Shown here: piece after piece, positions 53,070 to 62,118 of the stretch
Position numbering within the stretch: position 1 is the stretch's first letter
Layout of the letters: each line of letters begins with the position of its first letter
Assembly: GCA_965649765.1 (NCBI GenBank)
Contig: OZ287756.1
Coordinates: 35,216,001 to 35,280,000 of the forward strand
Source of the DNA: Bispira polyomma
Taxonomy: Eukaryota
Length of the DNA stretch: 64,000 nucleotides
Direction: 5' to 3'
Translations under genes and position numbers: made by a program
Notes under the pieces: generated by a model
Told to the model about the DNA's origin: nothing
Database searches by the model: none
The model's input: the letters and a program-made list of their open reading frames with translations, nothing else

Positions 53070-56000
53070 GTAAGTGGAAGAACAAAATAGAACTATATTG
53101 GAACCTCTATCAGACTATTTTATACAGGAGGTTCATCGTGAAAGACAAGATGCATTTTAATATTAAATTTAATGTTTGGAAAATAGAAGTTTGGATAGTA
53201 GAGGTTCTACTGTAGTTTATTATAAATTGACTGGTAAAGTTGTATTGATAGCTTAACCAAAAATAGCCAATAGTTAAGAATAATAGTATTGACATTCTCA
53301 AAATCAGTGACATTTTTTATTAGCTAAAAATTTCTACTAAATTTTCTCTGTTGGAAGCTACTGTATTTTGGTTTTTTTTTCATATAGTTACAAATTCTTT
53401 TAAATTGAGCATAAATGTAGTGGGGCACACAAATCTAGTAAACAAATGTAATATAACACCTTATATTGATACTTCACACCCCTAAAAATAAGCCAAATAA
53501 AAAAAAAATTGGCAAAAAATAACTGGAAAAATAGAAAAGTAAGGCAAAATAGTCACTAAAATTTCAATTACAGCAAATATCAGACACTATTCTATCACAA
53601 CAGCACATTTTGTAGGTGGCGAATTTTAAATACAGTGGTAGATTTTAGATTCCTTACAGTACAACACTTTTTTTGTTCCGCTGTAGAACTACTTTAAGCA
53701 GTATGGTTACATGGGCGAGTTCATGCCGGATGAAGAAATAGGAGCGTTGGTCGACAGTGACATGGGTATGGCGTATGACTACGCCATTAGGATCTTCCAG
53801 AGGAGATACAGTGAATACGGACTCCAAGAGACTGGTAAGTGAAGGCATGTCTTTAGTACAATGACAGTGCATGGACATTCATAGTACCAGTCCGGGCTGC
53901 TATTCCAAAAAGGTTCTAAGTCTTAAAGTTTTTGTCTCTGTGGATTTGATTGGCTGAAAATATTGTTTCAAAGAATCTGATTGGCTGAGACTAAGAAAAT
54001 TCTTAGGCTGTTTAATGTGTAAATCTACAACATAAGTCATTCTTTTTGTTGTGTGTGTGTGTGGGGGGGGGGGGTTGTTTGACACATGGTTGTGTAATTG
54101 AGACCTGGTAATTGAAAATGTAATTGTTATTAACCGAAGACTTCTTTTTATCCCATATGTATTATGTAAAAAGGTGCGGGAATTTTTTTTTAAAAATCAG
54201 ACAGACCTCCCGGTTTTTTTACTCCCTGACCGATAACATCTGATGGTTGAACAGATGTCTGCCGTCGTTTGATCTGATCTGCAGCAAATATGTTAAAAGG
54301 AAGCACCTGGTAATATTAATTAATGACCGATAAAATCGGCGGTTGTCGACTGAGAAAAACATGCCGAAAGGAAGCCCAGGCATAGTGTATATGGTTGATG
54401 TTATAATATTTCTAGGTAAGCTGGGTGCTGCCATTATCACACTGATGAACACTTGTATATGGTTGATGTTATAATATTTCTAGGTAAGCTGGGTGCTGCC
54501 ATTATCACACTGATGAACACTTGTATATGGTTGATGTTATAATATTTCTAGGTAAGCTGGGTGGCTGACATTATCACACTGATGAACACTTGTATATGGT
54601 TGATGTTATAATATTTCTAGGTAAGCTGGGTGCTGCCATTATCAGACTGATGAACACCTATGTATGGTTGATGTTATAATATTTCTAGGTCAGTTGGATG
54701 CTGCCACTATCAGACTGATGAACACATCTCGCTGTGGTGTGAGGGACATTATCACTATGGAGGACACAGGCATGGATATGCGCAAGAAGAGGTACTTACT
54801 GGCAGGTTAGTGGCTCCATCTATTGAATTTATATATCAGGCACAACCTGTCGTTGTTTTGAATTAGAATAGGGCACCGTCATTGAGAAGGGTGCGGCCAT
54901 CTTTGAAATAATATGCGAGGCCTTTATGGATTGGTTGAAAAAAAAACGACCCGGCGACCGACTAACAGGTGTCAGATTTATATTATCAGGCACAGCCGCC
55001 ATGTTGGCAATATTGTAGAATGTTTCGATGTTTACAATAAAATAAAAATGTTTTTCGCTAATTTTAGTCATTGTTGACACGTAGGTATGGTTTTGTACAT
55101 CAATATCGAAATATTTATCAAACCTTGACTAAAGTTCCGATATCTAAATGGTTGGATGAGACAAGACCTAGGCTATGTTGTAGGACTATTATCCTTTTCA
55201 GAGAACATGCACCTTAGAGGGTGCTCTCCCAATATGTTTGGATACCAGAGATTCTTACTGTATTATTTAAAAACGAAAAAAAGAGACATTCAAGGTCTTT
55301 AGTCTGGACTGAGCTAATCGATATTATACTTCACTTTTATTTATTAAGGTAGTAAATGGGAGAAGTTGGACTTGACCTACCGAGTCACCCAGTATCCCAG
55401 AGATAATGACCTCACACCTGCCCAAGTGGATAGTGAAATAGCCAGGGCCTTTCAGGTGTGGGCGGACGTCACTCCACTACGGTTTTACAGACTGCCCGAC
55501 AACTCTAACCACGAACTGGACATTGAGATCCAGTTTGCCGTGACGGGTCCCGCAGACCACGGAGACGGATATCCATTCGACGGTGAACACAGGACTCTGG
55601 CCCACGCATTTGTCCCCCACTCAACCAAACTGGGAGGGGATGCCCACTTTGATGAAGCCGAGAAATGGACACTTTACAGTGATTCTGGTGAGTGAATGAA
55701 CAACATTAATTTGATTAATTGATTGGGGGTTTAGGTTTTGCTGTCAACACATTGTGGATCTATAGGCTTACACTGGGGGGTTTTTTTTAAAAAAAATACA
55801 ATTTTTTGAAGTTGCACATTAATAAACAATGAGCAGTTTTACTGGTGTTCAAAAGCTGTGTATACTACTAGTTGGGTAAGATTCTGCACTGTCAACCACC
55901 GGGCATCGGCAGGTAACTGTCAACGTTTCCCATATAAATCCAGATATGGGGACTTCATGATAAAGAAAATTATGTATTATTGTTTCTTTACTTAAATACC

Positions 56001-59000
56001 TTGGATCTGTTATTTTACGAACTTTTTGTTATCTGAACAGACTCACTGAGACTTTACCCTTACTAGCTGTTTCGATAATACAGATAATACAGGGTATTTT
56101 ATTCTAATAAGGTAGAACCTCTATTTTCTGAACTTATATTATCCAAATGTTATTTCTCTAAAATTGATAATCTTCCTATTGGTTTATTGTAAAAATACCT
56201 CCTTGATTATCCAAGCTCTCTGAGCCGAATACTAAATCTTATGAACACACCTTCTCTCTTTCAAAGTTACATAATTTTGTTGTTACAACCTATTCCTCTT
56301 ATAAACCAAGTAACCATTTCTATATGTGTCTATCAGGTTACAACTTCTTCCAAGTTGCCGCCCACGAGTTTGGCCATGCCTTGGGCCTGGGTCACAGCCA
56401 GGACCGCACAGCTCTCATGGCTCCATTCTATGGTGGCTATATGGAGAACTTTAGACTCCCTGCCGACGATACCATGGGCATCCAGGCCCTATATGGAAGA
56501 CCAGAGGACCGCCAACCAGTGACCACCCCAAGACCGAGTCGCCCCACTACTGCTTCAACTACTACTACTCCCGTACCTACCATGGTTCCCGAGGGCCGGG
56601 ACGTGTGCTGCGAAGCCACCTTTGACGCCATCACGAAGATTGTGGACGAATACGGAGAGCAGAAGATCTATGGCTTTAAGGGAGAGTACTACTTCCTCAT
56701 TGACGAAAACAGAGGCATAGCCGATGGCTACCCAAGGCGCATCGCAGAGGACTGGCCGGGGGTGGCTGACAACCTGGATGCTGCTCTCTTCTGGGACGGG
56801 AAGTGGGAATGGAATGCTGCAGAGAGTAGATGGGTGTGGCAACATGGCGCCACTTTTCTCTTCAAAGGACGACAGTACTGGAGGGTGGAAGGCACGGGGA
56901 CGGTCATTGGACCCCACCCTATCTCACACTGGGGCTCCGACTTCCCTGCAGATATTGACGCAGCCTTCGTGTGGAAGAAGAACGGCAAGACCTACCTGTT
57001 TAAAGGTGAGCTTCTTTCTAGGTGTAACAGTAGGAGAAACCGCTATTCATCTGAACTTTTATTTATCTCAACTTCTATTTATCTGCATATTTAACTTTTT
57101 ATAATGATCATTAATATTAACACGTCTATATAATGTTCTTGATATGTTGTGCACCCATATTATATACATCCCATTGTAACAAGCAGGACAAAAATAGTGC
57201 CAGACCTTTTATTTTCCTCCACATTTTTCCTCCACATTTATTTTCCCTTTTGTATACTAAACCAGTACATTGTCCTGTTTCTTTATAAGCTAAATGCTGA
57301 CATTCCCTGTGACCTGTTTATATGGCATGTTACATTCTTGTACCTTGTTTATAAGACATCTACCTGTGACCTGGGGCAGTATTCACAAAAAGGTCTGAGC
57401 CAAGGCTTTTGCTTAGATCTAGTGTACTTTTGTGCTAGATTTAGGACAATGTCTAAACTAAGCGCTTTTGTGAATACGGAATCAGTTTAAAAACCATGTG
57501 ACATTCCTAACACCTGTTTATCAACCATATACCATCCTGTGACCTGTTTACAAGCCATATATGACATTTCTATGACCCGTTTATCAGCCTTATACCATCC
57601 TGTGACCTGTTTACTAGCTCTATATGACATTTCAATGACCTATTAATTAGCCTTATATCATCGTTTGACCTGTTTGCAAGCCATATATGACATTCCTATG
57701 ACCATATGATAACGTTCCTGTCTTGTTTGTTTTGTTCAGGAGATGAGTATTACCGCTACACTGAGGGTGAAGGTATTGACTATGGTTATCCCAGACCTCT
57801 CTCTGTATGGGGTGGACTGCCAGACTCACTAGATGCTGCCATGCAGACTCCCAGTGGTGAACAAGTCTTCTTCAAAGGAAACAAACACTACTTCTATGAT
57901 GATTATTATCTTGATGTGAGTAAATATAGAAATATTATATAAAAGTACAGTAGAACCTCTGTAACATTAACTTCTTTCCATTGTTAAAGTTTTTGAATGC
58001 AATTTCAGTTTTATCAAAATTATTATTTTCCTGTTGTTTTGTACTAATAATCTCACCCTATTTTATGAACATTCTATTATCTTACTCTGTCATTGGGTCC
58101 TTCCCAATTGTCACTCAGTGTACTGGACCAAACCACTAGGCAAGTTACTGTAACGGTAACCGGTGCGAGACCAAGTCCCTAACCACTAGGTGATGGTATA
58201 GAGTACCAGACCAACTCCCCCTAACCTCAAGGTGATGGTATAGAGTACCAGACCAACTCCCCCTAACCTCAAGGTGATGGTATAGAGTACCAGACCAACT
58301 CCCCCTAACCTCTAGGTGATGGTATAGAGTACCAGACCAACTCCCCCTAACCTCTAGGTGATGGTATAGAGTACCAGACCAACTCCCCCTAACCTCTAGG
58401 TGATGGTATAGAATACCAGACCAACTCCCCCTAACCTCTAGGTGACAGTATAGTGTACCAGACCAACTCCTCCTAACATCTAGGTGATGGTATAGAGTAC
58501 CAGACCAACTCCCCCTAACCTCTAGGTGATGGTATAGAGTACCAGACCAACTCCCCCTAAGCTCTAGGTGACGGTATAGAGTACCAGACCAACTCCCCCT
58601 AACCTCAAGGTGATGGTATAGAGTACCAGACCAACTCCCCCTAACCTCTAGGTGACAGTATAGTGTACCAGACCAACTCCTCCTAACATCTAGGTGATGG
58701 TATAGAGTACCAGACCAACTCCCCCTAATCTCTAGGTGATGGTATAGAGTACCAAACCAACTCCCCCTAACCTCTAGGTGATGGTATAGAATGTCAGACC
58801 AACTCCCCCTAACCTCTAGGTGACAGTATAGTGTACCAGACCAACTCCCCCTAACCTCTAGGTGACAGTATAGTGTACCAGACCAACTCCTCCTAACATC
58901 TAGGTGATGGTATAGAGTACCAGACCAACTCCCCCTAACCTCTAGGTGACAGCATACAGTACCAGACCAACTCCCCCTAACCTCTAGGTGACAGCATACA

Positions 59001-59996
59001 GTACCAGACCAACTCCCCCTAACCTCTTGGTGACAGTATTAGAGTACCAGACCAACTCTCCCTAACCTCTAGGTGACAGTATAGAGTACCAGACCAACTC
59101 CCCCTAACCTCTAGGAGATGGTATTGAGTACTAGACCAACTCCCCCTAACCTCTAGGAGATGGTATAGAGTACCAGATCAACTCCCCCTAACCTCTAGGT
59201 GATGGTATAGAGTACCAGACCAACTCCCTCTAACCTCTAGGTGATGGTATAAAGTACCAGACCAACTCCCCCTGACATCTTGGTGACAGTATAGAGTCCA
59301 ACTCCCCCTAACCTCTAGGTGATGGTATAGAGTACCAGGCCAACTCCCCCTAACCTCTAGGTGATGGTATAGAGTACCAGACCAACTCCCCCTAAGCTCT
59401 AGGTGACGGTATAGAGTACCAGACCAACTCCCCCTAACCTCAAGGTGATGGTATAGAGTACCAGACCAACTCCCCCTAACCTCTAGGTGACAGTATAGTG
59501 TACCAGACCAACTCCTCCTAACATCTAGGTGATGGTATAGAGTACCAGACCAACTCCTCCTAACCTCTAGGTGACAGCATACAGTACCAGACCAACTCCC
59601 CCTAACCTCTAGGTGACAGCATACAGTACCAGACCAACTCCCCCTAACCTCTAGGAGATGGTATAGAGTACCAGACCAACTCTCCCTAACCTCTAGGTGA
59701 CAGTATAGAGTACCAGACCAACTCCCCCTAACCTCTAGGAGATGGTATTGAGTACTAGACCAACTCCCCCTAACCTCTAGATGATGGTATAGCGTGTTTA
59801 AACAGCAATTATTATTATTTCTGACCTTTTTATTATGTTTGTCTTTGAGGTGATCGATGGCTACCCCAAACACAACCGTAACAAGTGGTTCCAGTGTGAT
59901 ATAAGCTGTAGTCGTGGCAGCAGAAGGCACCACCGCCACAAAAGTCAGAGACACCGAAGCCAAGTAGTTGATGTCAGGAACCGTTCACGCTCATAG
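52959..59996 (+). CDS. MMP: Matrix metalloproteinase (peptidase M10A), secreted, furin-activatable, with hemopexin domain; 7 exons, 568 aa: join(52959-53069,53687-53834,54689-54805,55349-55687,56337-57005,57740-57915,59850-59996)
   Basis: All six introns are GT-AG with compatible phases (0,1,1,1,1,0); total 1707 nt ending in TAG. Motifs: signal peptide, YFKQYGY...AIRIFQ...GLQETG pro-domain, SRCGVRD Cys-switch, RKKR furin site, [14 protein letters not shown]...[22 protein letters not shown] Met-turn, four DA-initiated hemopexin blades, terminal WFQC. Confidence 0.93.
53687..53834 (+). CDS. MMP: MMP exon 2 (pro-domain, peptidoglycan-binding-like fold)
   Basis: Acceptor ttttgttccgctgtag; NYFKQYGYM...[19 protein letters not shown]; donor G|GTAAGT. 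Confidence 0.9.
54386..54725 (+). repeat. 68-bp tandem repeat (5 copies) spanning the intron 2/exon 3 junction
   Basis: The base after TTTCTAG falls at 54416, 54484, 54552, 54621, 54689; the last copy is the real exon start. Confidence 0.95.
54689..54805 (+). CDS. MMP: MMP exon 3 (cysteine switch and furin site)
   Basis: [40 protein letters not shown]; acceptor tttctag, donor G|GTTAGT. Confidence 0.9.
55349..55687 (+). CDS. MMP: MMP exon 4 (N-terminal catalytic domain)
   Basis: [13 protein letters not shown]...[13 protein letters not shown]...[18 protein letters not shown]...[13 protein letters not shown]; donor G|GTGAGT. Confidence 0.95.
56337..57005 (+). CDS. MMP: MMP exon 5 (zinc-binding motif, hinge, hemopexin blades 1 to start of 3)
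   Basis: [22 protein letters not shown], Thr/Pro hinge, [16 protein letters not shown]; donor G|GTGAG at 57006. Confidence 0.96.
57295..57705. repeat. Degenerate ~30-34 bp tandem repeat (TGACATTCCCTGTGACCTGTTTAT..), interrupted by a CWG-type MITE
   Basis: TGACCTGTTT recurs throughout intron 5. Confidence 0.65.
57740..57915 (+). CDS. MMP: MMP exon 6 (hemopexin blades 3-4)
   Basis: GDEYYRY...[21 protein letters not shown]...VFFKGNKHY; acceptor tttgttcag, donor GTGAGT. Confidence 0.93.
58180..59792. repeat. 42-bp minisatellite, ~38 copies, in MMP intron 6
   Basis: Unit CTAGGTGATGGTATAGAGTACCAGACCAACTCCCCCTAACCT; gives the 14-aa periodicity of the minus-strand ORF. Confidence 0.97.
59850..59996 (+). 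CDS. MMP: MMP exon 7 (end of hemopexin domain and basic tail)
   Basis: [16 protein letters not shown] completes blade 4 (GYPK...W..C); pyrimidine tract and CTGAC branch-like motif upstream, but acceptor is GAG; stop TAG 59994-59996. Confidence 0.85.
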   Translation: MIDGYPKHNRNKWFQCDISCSRGSRRHHRHKSQRHRSQVVDVRNRSRS

Positions 59997-61294
59997 AGAG
60001 GCTCTACAGGACTAATTAATGGCCTCTTTCCATACTTGTATAGAAGCCATTTGTAAACATTATGTACAAATGTTAAAAATTTTATGTACGTCCATGCATA
60101 TCCATCAAAATGGCAGTGGCAGATGTTGTGTACACAATTCTGTGCAATAAATTTTTTCGGGCCTAAAATACTGAACAAAATGGTGAAAGAATAATAAAAA
60201 AACAGACCACAAATAAGAAATGGTATACATTTAAAACCGTTTGGTATAAACCAAATGAGTCTTGCCTCATTTGGCAGATGACCTACCTACATGTATGGCA
60301 ACGGTGCTTATTGTATGTCAGATATGTAGTTTATGTCAATGTTTGACACTTGACACCACACTGTTTATCATCTAGACTTTGATTTGTAATTTAACGTTGA
60401 CTTGTATATAGATCAAAGTCAGTTATTGTTAATGGTGATGAAAATGCTGTGAGTGGATTAACACCTTGACGGTCAAAATACATTTATTTTTGTGTAATTT
60501 GTATTAAGTGTTTAATTGCATTATTTGCAAGATTTTTATTACTTCAAAGTAGAGAGACCTTGGTGTTCATTGCATAGTTATGGTATATTACATTAAACAT
60601 CTGATTCTACCCTGTAGAATAGATTTCCTCATTACATCAGGACAGCTCTTACCTTACTTTCTTTCCGCCACTGGTTGTGAAAACATCTTTGTTTAATAAT
60701 ACATTCTCTCTGAAGCTGCCTTCATGTTATCAGTTGATCTTTTGATTTGTTGATTTGACTTTTTTCTGTTTTATTAATCATGATTTTGGGGTTGTGATTA
60801 TCATTTAATCGAATACCTTAGAATTTGATATAATCAAAAATGAGCGTTATTAACGAAGATGACTTGTGTATCTGTGATTGATATTGCCTGTATATTCAGC
60901 ATTTAAAATTAAACAAAAGAAATTATTCCTTTGAAAAGATAAACAATTTTAAAGTTTTTGAATGATTTTGTATATACATGCAGTATGTTTAACAATAAAG
61001 TATATTTTTAGTTTTTATATATTTTTTTTTTCAATTTATAGTTTTTTGTGTGCCAAACATTTATGTAGTTATATTCAATAAAGAATTATATCGTAACAAT
61101 TTTGTTCCTTTTATCAAACTTTTTCTAGCTCTACCTCCAAAAATGAATTAAACTAAAAACTATTAAGACATTGCAGGCCCGGGGGATTTTATTCAATATT
61201 TGTATTATTCAAATACACTTTTTTTAATGTATTTGTATTCAAATTCATTACCAAATAAACCTAAAGTATTTGTATTGTATCCTAATGAAAATTT

Positions 61295-61545
61295 TGTGGT
61301 CTAGTGGTTGAAAGCACCTATCTAACAATCTCTCCTCTATCTCTCACCAATGTGGATTTGAATCCCATTTGTTCGTCTTGTGGGAAAGTTGTCAGGTACA
61401 TCTTAAATATTCAAACTTTTATAGTGCTTAATCTTGTTATAGGGCGTTGGTTTACAGTGTCTTCAGCACTGATTTCTTCTGCCATTGAATGTGGCTATCG
61501 TGATATGACCTAAGCTGTTGAAAGTGACTTAAAACCCACATAACT
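61295..61545 (+). mobile_element. tRNA-derived SINE
   Basis: TGGTCTAGTGG, GATTTGAATCC, tail ctgttgaaagtgacttaaaaccc. Confidence 0.7.
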
Positions 61546-61992
61546 TCAAATTTGATTAAAAATTCCAAAACTAGGCAGCACTTCAGTATTATAATTTTTT
61601 TATTCCATCTCCATGACCATCAAAAAGCTGGACAGGTCCAATGTAACCCATTTTAAGATATTCTCAATAAAGATCTTTGTTGATCAGAACTTTGGTTATC
61701 TGTTCCTATGTAAAAATGTGTATGCATCCTTTTACAACTGGTGGGATCCCCAGTTTGAACAAATATCCAGTTTATTCTGTACCACAAACTATGCTGCACT
61801 ACCAGATGATCAGTTGAAGACGACAGACATCTGCATAAAGAAAAGACAAGAAAGTACAAAAGAAAGTCAGATGACATAAAAAAGCGACTATTTTCTGTTG
61901 TTTTATCAAAGTTTTCATTAAAAAAAACTAAATTTGTAAGGTCAGGTATTATTCTAGACTTTCTTGAAGTGCTTTTGTTTTGGCAATACATC

Positions 61993-62118
61993 AGAACTTT
62001 ATAGCATTTCTTGTATATGTAATACATAAAAACTTTTGGCTTTTCTTGTATATATGTAATACATGACAACTTTATAGCTTTTCTTGTATATGTAATACAT
62101 GAGAACTTTATAGCTTTT
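61993..62118. repeat. ~36-bp tandem repeat (3.5 copies) abutting the duplication breakpoint
   Basis: AACTTTATAGCTTTTCTTGTATATGTAATACATGA units; the MMP copy begins at 62119. Confidence 0.85.

Noticed and set aside
56437-56988. Overlapping antisense and alternate-frame ORFs in exon 5 (and in the duplicate)
   Set aside because: Shadows of GC-rich coding sequence.
58180-59792. CRISPR-like regular repeat
   Set aside because: Units are contiguous with no unique spacers, the context is eukaryotic and there are no cas genes.
59178-59963. 261-aa minus-strand ORF with [14 protein letters not shown] repeats
   Set aside because: Produced by the stop-poor 42-bp minisatellite, antisense to MMP intron 6/exon 7; no coding evidence.
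60608-60627. TACCCTGTAGAA resembling miR-10
   Set aside because: Only 12 nt match and no pre-miRNA-sized hairpin.
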